IMG/VR virus record: IMGVR_UViG_3300005611_000172
Span: 1 to 25,933 of that record
Strand: one strand, 5' to 3'
DNA: 25,933 nt
DNA from: a virus
Taxonomy: Duplodnaviria > Caudoviricetes
The notes beneath the pieces are model-generated. The model was not told where the DNA came from. It was given only the letters and a program-made list of their open reading frames with translations, and made no database searches. Of this stretch, positions 19,180-25,478 are shown piece by piece. Positions within the stretch are counted from its first letter, which is position 1. Each line of letters opens with the position of its first letter. Made by a program: the position numbers and the translations under genes.

Positions 19180-19519
19180 CAGGCTTGATTAAGTTAATCG
19201 TGACAGGTTGCTTATCACCTGAATCCTTATCCTTTTCCCTCCATCCGGCTTGAGTCTTCAGGAAGAACATCGCGGCAGGTTCAGATCCACCTTTTGCCTT
19301 TTCAATCAACGACTCAGCGATCTCATCGATAACAATTGCACGACCCTTTTTATACGCCTCAGAAACTTCAGGTTGTCTTTTCTCGATCTCCCTGAACGTA
19401 TTTTCAGAAACTCCAAAGAAATCAGCGAGTTGACCTTTTGACAGGCGAGCCGCCATCTTGAGAACTTGTTTCGTTTCCTGTGGCGTGAATACTCTTGGGG
19501 GTCTTCCATTCTTGCTCAT
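19166..19519 (-). CDS. terS: Terminase small subunit
   Basis: GRP start, HTH-like QLADFFGVSENTF, AYKKGR and AAMFFLKTQAGWRE motifs; overlaps the terL start; GGAG RBS. Confidence 0.88.
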   Translation of the reverse strand: MSKNGRPPRVFTPQETKQVLKMAARLSKGQLADFFGVSENTFREIEKRQPEVSEAYKKGRAIVIDEIAESLIEKAKGGSEPAAMFFLKTQAGWREKDKDSGDKQPVTINLIKPDDAD

Positions 19520-19613
19520 CGATACGTCTCCAACGCCAAATGATCCATCCCAGATAGATTAAGTTGACACTCAGGATTACAACCCCGCTGTAAACCATTG
19601 TATCGTGGAGCAT
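19422..19613 (-). CDS. Possible small membrane protein
   Basis: Hydrophobic stretch GVVILSVNLIYLGWIIW followed by RWRR. However, it overlaps terS by 98 nt and its ATG lies within the putative -10 element. Confidence 0.3.
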   Translation of the reverse strand: MLHDTMVYSGVVILSVNLIYLGWIIWRWRRIDEQEWKTPKSIHATGNETSSQDGGSPVKRSTR

Positions 19614-19620
19614 TATATCA
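19612..19620 (-). promoter_or_regulatory. Extended -10 promoter (TGaTATAAT) upstream of terS
   Basis: Perfect TGn-TATAAT about 90 nt upstream of the terS start, at the head of the packaging/structural block. Confidence 0.5.
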
Positions 19621-19803
19621 TTCTTTCGTTGCTTGACGATAAAACATCACAGCAACTACCCGATCTCGATAGGGGAAAGGATGTCGTGAGATCGAGTAGT
19701 TACCATGCCTGCTTACCCAAAGACACATCGCTTGTCGATGGAGTTGTGTCTCTTTTCGTGCTTTCTCAAGCATTTCGAGAGGCGTTAGATAATCGACTCT
19801 CAT
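19618..19803 (-). CDS. Hypothetical protein
   Basis: 61 aa with an ATGA overlap with the upstream gene's stop. Confidence 0.6.
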   Translation of the reverse strand: MRVDYLTPLEMLEKARKETQLHRQAMCLWVSRHGNYSISRHPFPYRDRVVAVMFYRQATKE

Positions 19804-19979
19804 GGGTTCTTTGGCTCGATGAATACTGGAGCAACTTTGTCGAGTTGGTCATCCTGATACTCATCAAGCAAGGTGATGTCGCCACAATGACGACACCAGT
19901 AATAATCTGTGCATTGATCTCCGCAACGTGGACACTTTTTGTTGTAGAGAGTTTCTGCGGCTTCGTGTAGATCTACCAT
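19800..19979 (-). CDS. Small zinc-ribbon protein
   Basis: CPRCG...CRHCG. Likely start is ATG 19979, overlapping the end of the upstream ORF. Confidence 0.7.
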   Translation of the reverse strand: MVDLHEAAETLYNKKCPRCGDQCTDYYWCRHCGDITLLDEYQDDQLDKVAPVFIEPKNP

Positions 19980-20110
19980 TTCTTCCACCACCCTTTGTCT
20001 AAGTCCATGAAGTGCTTTGGGTATAGCTTGGGCGCGATGATCGCACTCAAGCCAATGATCCCCATTAGAAACAAGTATACGAGGATCGCGTATGCAATGA
20101 TCTCAATCAT
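19973..20110 (-). CDS. Small single-pass membrane protein (45 aa)
   Basis: Not in the track. MIEIIAYAILVYLFLMGIIGLSAIIAPKLYPKHFMDLDKGWWKKW*, with a strong AGGAG RBS. Confidence 0.7.
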   Translation of the reverse strand: MIEIIAYAILVYLFLMGIIGLSAIIAPKLYPKHFMDLDKGWWKKW

Positions 20111-20149
20111 GTCGTTCTCCTAAAATGCAGTACATGACTTACCCCTTAG

Positions 20150-20165
20150 GGCGGCTTACGCCGCC
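20150..20165 (-). other. GC hairpin over the stop codon of the DnaJ-Zn/OB gene
   Basis: GGCGGC-GTAA-GCCGCC. There is no U-tract, so it is more likely a stabilising or pause hairpin than a strong terminator. Confidence 0.45.
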
Positions 20166-20791
20166 GCCTCTTCTTCAATGATTCTGTAAGTGTCTTGGCA
20201 TTTGACACGCTCTAAAACGGTAATCTTCTGGTTATCACGGTCAGCGTTGATGTCCTGCGATTTGACCTTTCCGGTCATCTCGACAGTATTACCTTTTTCA
20301 ACATCATCAAAGGTTTGTGAAGTTGTGTAGAACTTGGCGATACTGCCATCTTCAGTTTTAATGATAAACAAAGTTTTCCAACCGTAGAATCCCTCGTAAG
20401 CCTTGGCAAAAATACACGTTCCAGTAAGTTCGACCTTCTCACCAACTTCGCCTAACCACTCAGACTGCGCGGCTTCTAACTTACGCGCTTCTTCGCGCTC
20501 CTTGATTTGTTGTTCACGGATTTCTTCCAAAGTGTAACCATTGTTCTCTAAACGCTCCTGCGCTTCACGAGCTTCGCGCTCTGCGATCATTTTGGCTTCT
20601 TTACGCTTACGAGCCGCTTCACGATTTTTTTCGCGCTGTTCTGGTGAAGTCTTGAAAAACTCCTTACCAGAACCATTGCATTTGAAACAGTGGCGATCTT
20701 GAACACCATTGACAGTGAACGTGATTTCGCCTGTCATCCAAACGCCCGCGCCGCCGCAACGTGAACAAGTCTCTTCGTACAATTTACACAT
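20156..20791 (-). CDS. DnaJ-type zinc finger + coiled coil + putative OB-fold protein
   Basis: Start reassigned to ATG 20791 (GGGGAG RBS; a promoter occupies the track's extension), giving 211 aa. CSRCGGAG and CFKCNGSG motifs, a charged helix and a beta-rich C-terminus (GEVGEKVEL...GKVKS). Confidence 0.8.
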   Translation of the reverse strand: MCKLYEETCSRCGGAGVWMTGEITFTVNGVQDRHCFKCNGSGKEFFKTSPEQREKNREAARKRKEAKMIAEREAREAQERLENNGYTLEEIREQQIKEREEARKLEAAQSEWLGEVGEKVELTGTCIFAKAYEGFYGWKTLFIIKTEDGSIAKFYTTSQTFDDVEKGNTVEMTGKVKSQDINADRDNQKITVLERVKCQDTYRIIEEEAAA

Positions 20792-20864
20792 CGAATTTTC
20801 TCCCCTATTGAATTTCGACAGGGATAGAATATCAAACCCACAGGTAGAGTCAACACTTTTTTTC
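20792..20864 (-). promoter_or_regulatory. Sigma70-type promoter + leader cassette, copy 1
   Basis: A-tract, TTGACT (20853-20848), 16 nt, TGa-TATTCT (20831-20826), then TGTCGAAA and ATAGGGGA; near-duplicated at 24202-24273. Confidence 0.8.
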
Positions 20865-20881
20865 AAATATTCCATATTTTT

Positions 20882-21265
20882 TTATGCGGCTATGGATTCG
20901 AGCCTTGCCTTTGCCAGTTTGTATCTCTTGTAATCTGAATGCGTCAGATATTTGCCTTTCCTCTTATCCTGTTCATATAACATGACAGCCATCTCGTCTT
21001 CGAGCTTGAATTTCTTCAGATGGTATTTAGCGTCACGATCTCCTTGATATTCTGTGCTGAATAACTCACTGGCACTCAACCCTAGAGACTCGACGACATC
21101 AGACCCTCGTGCGCCACATGAGAAACAATGGCACAAGACCTTGCCGTTCTTTTCGGTAATGACCATGCTTGGGTTTTTGTCTTTATGTACGGGACAACAC
21201 GCCTTGTATCCTGAATGTGTTTTCTTGACCTTATCAAGACGCGATAGAATAGTTTCGATTGTCAT
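20882..21265 (-). CDS. CHC2 zinc-finger (primase zinc-binding domain) protein lacking a catalytic domain
   Basis: Start reassigned to ATG 21265 (AAGGAAAGG upstream), giving 127 aa. ACCPVHKDKNPSM...HCFSCG; no TOPRIM or AEP region. Confidence 0.82.
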   Translation of the reverse strand: MTIETILSRLDKVKKTHSGYKACCPVHKDKNPSMVITEKNGKVLCHCFSCGARGSDVVESLGLSASELFSTEYQGDRDAKYHLKKFKLEDEMAVMLYEQDKRKGKYLTHSDYKRYKLAKARLESIAA

Positions 21266-22724
21266 GCTTCGCCTTTCCTTTTGCATATTTGATTTGTTGG
21301 CTTTTAATGAAGTTGAGAACTTCAATGGGGATTTCACTGACCATGATTGGCTCGATCTTGTTAGGCCAAACACCAAATTTGGCTTTGTATTTATGATGCG
21401 CCCAACCACTCGAATATCCCTTCTGCTGTGCATACAAGTATAACCCGCCCAACCATTCACCTTTATCCTGTTTCGGTGTCTCTTTGTTATCCTTGCGTTG
21501 CAAACGCTCCAGAAGTTGCTGATCTGTCTTGATCTTTTCTTTTTGCGGTAGTTCGTATCCGCATGAGCATTTCACACCAACGAACAGTTGCAGGCATTGC
21601 GGACATTCATGCGTCTTTGGTTCCGTCTTTTCTTTGGTCTGCTTTCGTTCGCTGTATCCATGTTTTCCGTCATCAAGTCTCTCAGGAACGATGTCCTCGA
21701 CAAACCCGTGTCTGGTGTTTCCTGCGTGATCCAGATAGATCGCATACTCTTTGCCGCCAAAGGTGCGCTGAATCCGACCGCCTCTCTGGATGTAGCTTAT
21801 AAGCGACTGAGTTGGATAGCAGTCAATTAAGCATCTGACCTGTGGAGCGTCATAGCCTGTGTTCAGCAACCGTGAGCATGACAGGATCTTGTACTCGCCT
21901 CGATCATGCGCCTCATACAAAATCTGACGCTCTTCATCATCCATGTAGCCGTCGATGTGGACAGCAGGGATTCCCGCCTCATTGAATTGCTCTACAAGAT
22001 ATTTGCTGTGCTTGATGCTTGGTGAGAATGCGATGGTCTGACTGTCTTCTCCATGCGACAACCAGTTCCTCACAATATCACCTACAAGTGATAATTCAGA
22101 CTCGTATGCCTGCGCCAGTTGGTCAGGATCGTAATCACTCTGTCCTGTGCTTAGTCGCTTTTTTCCAACACCAGATAAATCTGGCTTCTTACCACCGTAA
22201 TAGTGAATTGGGCAGAGGTATCCTTGATCCAGTAGTTCGCGTGGCGTGATAGGAAGAATGAGATCGTCATAGTGTCTACCCAAACCCTTTGAATAAGGTG
22301 TGGCACTAAGTCCGATGAATGGGACATTGCTGAATTTCTCCATGTACGCTGTCAGTGTTTTGTAGTGTGTATGACACTCATCGACGATTGCAATATCGAA
22401 ATCAACTTGTCGTCTTCGAGCGAGCGTTTGAATCGATGCAATTTGGATTGGCTCTCGCAGATCTGTTCTCTCATGCAATCCTTGGATCACTCCAAAATCC
22501 AGACCGTGATTGTCAAATTGCTCAACAGACTGAGCAATCAGTTTGACCCGATCACAGATGAAGATTCCTCGCTTCCCTTTATTTGCCGCAGATTTCAGAA
22601 TGTGTGCGGCTGTAATGGTCTTGCCGAATGAGCATGGTGCGGCAAGGATTGGACGCTTCCTGCCCCGCAGTAAGGATTCCCGAATCATTTGGACAGCTTT
22701 CTCTTGGTGCGGCCTCAGTTCCAT
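21234..22724 (-). CDS. Superfamily 2 DExH helicase (RadD/YejH-like) with C-terminal zinc ribbon
   Basis: Start at ATG 22724 (GGGAGG RBS). LRPHQ, APCSFGKT, DECH, SAT, TGYDAP, QRGGR, DHAGN and CPQC...CSCG motifs. Confidence 0.93.
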   Translation of the reverse strand: MELRPHQEKAVQMIRESLLRGRKRPILAAPCSFGKTITAAHILKSAANKGKRGIFICDRVKLIAQSVEQFDNHGLDFGVIQGLHERTDLREPIQIASIQTLARRRQVDFDIAIVDECHTHYKTLTAYMEKFSNVPFIGLSATPYSKGLGRHYDDLILPITPRELLDQGYLCPIHYYGGKKPDLSGVGKKRLSTGQSDYDPDQLAQAYESELSLVGDIVRNWLSHGEDSQTIAFSPSIKHSKYLVEQFNEAGIPAVHIDGYMDDEERQILYEAHDRGEYKILSCSRLLNTGYDAPQVRCLIDCYPTQSLISYIQRGGRIQRTFGGKEYAIYLDHAGNTRHGFVEDIVPERLDDGKHGYSERKQTKEKTEPKTHECPQCLQLFVGVKCSCGYELPQKEKIKTDQQLLERLQRKDNKETPKQDKGEWLGGLYLYAQQKGYSSGWAHHKYKAKFGVWPNKIEPIMVSEIPIEVLNFIKSQQIKYAKGKAKHDNRNYSIAS

Positions 22725-23134
22725 TTCGTTAGCCTCCCTGTATTGTAATGAAAGACGATCTCGACATCCTGCCAATCTCTTAACTGGTTCCTGCCCCCCA
22801 CTTTGGCAAAGTCAGGCTCTTCTTCTAGATTGATTGTATATAGACCATCCTGATACTGAACAGCAAAGAGTGCAGGAACTTTGAGCGCATCTGCCAATGC
22901 CAAACAGTCCATCCGCTTGTGGACAGACAACATGATGGTTTCATACTTCGCAAAGGTGACGTTACGGCATCTGACTTCGACCAACCCAACCACTTTCTCC
23001 TCACGCAGAAAGGCGTAATCAGCCTTGTAAGCAATTGGCAGTTTGAAGTATGTACATTCAAATTTATTGGAAAGAGTCTTTGCGACTCGATCTTCATTTT
23101 CTCTATCTTGTTCTGACTCGTACAATGGCCTCAT
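22715..23134 (-). CDS. Putative PD-(D/E)xK nuclease-fold protein
   Basis: Start at ATG 23134 (GGAGA RBS), 139 aa. E...AD-Y...VEVRCR spacing resembles the restriction-endonuclease-like fold. Confidence 0.65.
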   Translation of the reverse strand: MRPLYESEQDRENEDRVAKTLSNKFECTYFKLPIAYKADYAFLREEKVVGLVEVRCRNVTFAKYETIMLSVHKRMDCLALADALKVPALFAVQYQDGLYTINLEEEPDFAKVGGRNQLRDWQDVEIVFHYNTGRLTKWN

Positions 23135-23440
23135 GTTTTCTCCAGACAATAGTGGTCATTAGAGGGCTATTAGGCAACCCTCAACATATTCAGTTCAATA
23201 CTGGTCAAATCGCGTTCAAGTCATCAGCAACGATTTTTGACGGCTCTGCATAGTAATACTATGCATTTAGTCGAGGCTCGTAACACCTCACCCTCCAACG
23301 TACACACAATGTATACACATGGTTGCCTATAACGCTGTTTGTCCCGCCCTCAAAGGTTAGAACACGATTACTCGCTTTTTTGCGCTGTACGACGATGCGC
23401 GTACTTTAACGGACGGAATGACTGAAGTATTGAGAAATGC
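23132..23440 (-). ncRNA. Candidate large structured RNA / cis-regulatory leader
   Basis: No long minus-strand ORF. Nested complementary segments 23417-23422/23155-23160, 23346-23351/23162-23167 and 23321-23329/23171-23179, plus five internal hairpins. Confidence 0.6.
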
Positions 23441-23488
23441 AACGGAGTCGTTACAATATAACCTGTGCCGGAATGCGACACGGGTCAT
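23357..23488 (-). CDS. Possible 43-aa leader peptide
   Basis: AAGAGAAAA-ATG; MTRVAFRHRLYCNDSVAFLNTSVIPSVKVRASSYSAKKRVIVF*. RBS is weak. Confidence 0.3.
   Translation of the reverse strand: MTRVAFRHRLYCNDSVAFLNTSVIPSVKVRASSYSAKKRVIVF
23430..23457 (+). promoter_or_regulatory. Counter-oriented sigma70 promoter
   Basis: TTGAGA (23430-23435), 16 nt, TACAAT (23452-23457), pointing against all the genes. Confidence 0.55.
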
Positions 23489-23548
23489 TTTTCTCTTGTT
23501 TCAGTCCGGTTAGCTAGGGAATTGGCAGTTCCCGTCCGGCACGTTTTT
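23464..23548 (+). ncRNA. Candidate ~85-nt antisense small RNA
   Basis: Starts just after the + strand promoter. 5' GTGCCGGA (23465-23472) pairs with 3' TCCGGCAC (23535-23542); internal hairpin GGGAAT-TGGCA-GTTCCC; ends in TTTTT. Confidence 0.55.
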
Positions 23549-23553
23549 AAATC

Positions 23554-23703
23554 TTATGCTTCTGGATCTGGCTCGTCAACCTCCACATTAACGATCTTCA
23601 CGCCTTTGCATTTTGGACACATAGGTTTTTCGTCGAGATCAGCCCAGAACTTATACCCACACTCTAGGCAATCCATCTCAACCTCAAAATCATGTGCGCT
23701 CAT
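23554..23703 (-). CDS. Small zinc-ribbon protein (49 aa)
   Basis: Not in the track. MSAHDFEVEMDCLECGYKFWADLDEKPMCPKCKGVKIVNVEVDEPDPEA*, with a GAGGAG RBS. Confidence 0.75.
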   Translation of the reverse strand: MSAHDFEVEMDCLECGYKFWADLDEKPMCPKCKGVKIVNVEVDEPDPEA

Positions 23704-23705
23704 GG

Positions 23706-23927
23706 TCAATACTCCTCTAACGGTTTTGCGTTGTCAGGATATTCATTCTTTGCGGCCTGCCATAAATCTTCAGGACAGACCCTCTCATCCATGCCATCGA
23801 CAGAGACAAGATCCCACTCCTCCGGCTCAGATTGAGACTGAGGCCAGTGATTCCAGATGCAGGTATGAGTCTCAGACGTAACGAAATCATCTATCGACGT
23901 TATGAATGTTGAGGTCATCGGGTTCAT
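23706..23927 (-). CDS. Hypothetical acidic protein, possibly leaderless
   Basis: 73 aa; the ATG sits 7 nt after TGcTATAAT and has no SD. Confidence 0.65.
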   Translation of the reverse strand: MNPMTSTFITSIDDFVTSETHTCIWNHWPQSQSEPEEWDLVSVDGMDERVCPEDLWQAAKNEYPDNAKPLEEY

Positions 23928-23941
23928 GATGAGATTATAGC

Positions 23942-23965
23942 AAAAAGCCGTCTCAAGGACGGCTT
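23942..23965 (-). terminator. Rho-independent terminator overlapping the stop of the 82-aa gene
   Basis: AAGCCGTC-CTTGA-GACGGCTT then TTT, giving a run of five U. Confidence 0.7.
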
Positions 23966-24201
23966 GCTAACCATTCTTCACGCTCGTTATTGAAACGCTC
24001 GTGAGCTTCTGGCATCCCCTCAAAGTGGATGGAATCAAATTGTTGGCGAGTGACCTGACCGTGGTCATGCTGAACTACACCTGCGTAGATATAGCCGATA
24101 CGCCAGATTTGCTTGTCAGACAAGCCATGACTAGAAATCAGACCACCATTTTTCATATGATCGAATGCCGCCTTAGCGATTTGTGCTTGAGTCATATACA
24201 T
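23953..24201 (-). CDS. Hypothetical protein in its own promoter-terminator unit
   Basis: 82 aa with an AGGGGA RBS, flanked by promoter cassette copy 2 and a terminator. Confidence 0.75.
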   Translation of the reverse strand: MYMTQAQIAKAAFDHMKNGGLISSHGLSDKQIWRIGYIYAGVVQHDHGQVTRQQFDSIHFEGMPEAHERFNNEREEWLASRP

Positions 24202-24273
24202 ATCAAATTCCCCTATGTGTGTTTCGACAAGTACATATTAACAAACCAAGACACAGAATCAACACTTTTTTTC
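24202..24273 (-). promoter_or_regulatory. Sigma70-type promoter + leader cassette, copy 2
   Basis: A-tract, TTGATT, 16 nt, TGt-TAATAT, then TGTCGAAA and ATAGGGGA. The -35 contains the ninG stop codon. Confidence 0.75.
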
Positions 24274-24816
24274 GATTAATTTACATTTTTTTGTGAATAT
24301 GGATTTAATCCGTTTGAGGTAGGCAATGTCAAAGTTTCTGATGTCCTGATCTGCCTCAAGTGCCTCGACTCTTGAAAGCCCAATGCGTGAAATGAGATGG
24401 CGACGATAATCAGCCACATTGCCAGACAGCCAACGATTACACTTCTTGCATTGAGCAAAGCAGTTAAGCAGATTATATCTGAGATGTGGTGCTGATCCCG
24501 TGGATCGGTAGTGGCCTGCATCGAACTTGTTTGCCTCGTCGGTTTGTGCAACGCCACATGATATGCAAGGCATATTACGATCTCTGGCTCGAATATAGGC
24601 ATTGAATGCCTTCTGAGCTTCTTTAGTCCATTGACCTTTTGTCTTTAATCTTTCCCTTGTCTTTTTGTCCTGTTTCGTCCTTTCCTTTCGACGCTCCTTT
24701 GCCGAAAACTCCTTTAGGCACTCATACGAACAGAATGCCTTCAGGGTTGAAACGATTGCCTCTTGTGCATCACACTTCTTGCGGCAGTTTGCACATCGTC
24801 TACTCGTGGCCTTCAT
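24259..24816 (-). CDS. ninG: NinG (Rap) recombination endonuclease
   Basis: RRCANC..FCS..C, AQKAFNAYIRARD, CISCG, DAGHYRS.GSAP.LRY and QCKKCN..LSGN motifs. Confidence 0.93.
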   Translation of the reverse strand: MKATSRRCANCRKKCDAQEAIVSTLKAFCSYECLKEFSAKERRKERTKQDKKTRERLKTKGQWTKEAQKAFNAYIRARDRNMPCISCGVAQTDEANKFDAGHYRSTGSAPHLRYNLLNCFAQCKKCNRWLSGNVADYRRHLISRIGLSRVEALEADQDIRNFDIAYLKRIKSIFTKKCKLIEKKC

Positions 24817-25243
24817 TCTTCCTCTTCAGTTGCGCGTAGACAGAATCTTCAGGGCGAGACAGCATCAGACCAAGATTTGCCCAATGCGTATCGATTGTTA
24901 ACATATATGTGAACATATCTGTCTTGCTGAGACGCTCTGTCGATTTAAGTTGAGATGGGATTTGCACTGTGCCGATTGTCTTCGGATCATCATAGCCCAA
25001 GAACTCATGCTTCATGCGAATGTGTAGCTCATCCTTCGTAAAGTCTGTGCCGTTCTTTTCGTTGATAAAATCTGCGATCTCAGTCATCCAGACCCAGTAC
25101 AGGGCGTTCTGACTCAAAGTCCGGTTTCCTGCTTTACACTCGATCTTTAGCCATCCATTCTCTCTAAGCATCCGATGCATCACGTTGACGGCAAGATCTA
25201 ATGCCGTCCCGTGAGTGATAACAAACTTTTCCGAATCTTTCAT
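24800..25243 (-). CDS. ninB: NinB (Orf) family recombination protein
   Basis: RTLSQNALYWVWMTEIA and LKST.RLSK.DM..Y motifs; adjacent to ninG. Confidence 0.82.
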   Translation of the reverse strand: MKDSEKFVITHGTALDLAVNVMHRMLRENGWLKIECKAGNRTLSQNALYWVWMTEIADFINEKNGTDFTKDELHIRMKHEFLGYDDPKTIGTVQIPSQLKSTERLSKTDMFTYMLTIDTHWANLGLMLSRPEDSVYAQLKRKNEGHE

Positions 25244-25310
25244 ATAACCCCTTATTTGTACGTCAAACTTCGTACTTTTTCGCTTTTTATGTTGTTGGTC
25301 TGTTCGCCTT

Positions 25311-25478
25311 TTAGGTGTTCTTCTCCTTCAACTTCTCCAACGCAGTCACAACCCGATACACACCTGCCTTCTTCTGCATATCTTCATCGGTTGGATTGAG
25401 TAGGTAGACCGCCTCTTGGAGTGCATTGATCAGTTCATTTGTTTCATCTTTCGTGAAACGCAAATCTTCATCACTCAT
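25311..25478 (-). CDS. Hypothetical protein (55 aa)
   Basis: Start at ATG 25478 (AAGGAG RBS, ATGA overlap with the methyltransferase stop); ends LKEKNT. Confidence 0.7.
   Translation of the reverse strand: MSDEDLRFTKDETNELINALQEAVYLLNPTDEDMQKKAGVYRVVTALEKLKEKNT

Noticed and set aside
20792-23149. Longer N-termini in the track for ORFs starting at 20875, 21460, 22775 and 23149 (also 16392 and 25508)
   Set aside because: The extensions overlap promoters or upstream genes; downstream starts have clear SD sequences.
23221-23227. CTGATGA on the minus strand, matching the hammerhead ribozyme core (also box C-like, with a CTGA downstream)
   Set aside because: No stem II followed by GAAA and no properly placed cleavage triplet; no Nop-domain protein or repeated array to support a C/D-type guide.
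23132-23440. Group I intron interpretation of the structured region (GACTA present)
   Set aside because: No complementary TAGTC for P7 and no interrupted reading frame on either side.
23464-23548. tRNA-like appearance (closing stem plus 3' hairpin)
   Set aside because: No TTC T-loop, D-arm, anticodon arm or CCA; kept only as a candidate sRNA.
1054-25399. Numerous + strand ORFs in the track (e.g. 1054-1506, 2311-2763, 11142-11534, 19605-19970, 21054-21443, 23465-23881)
   Set aside because: They lie antisense to well-supported minus-strand genes, lack recognisable motifs and look like shadow ORFs.
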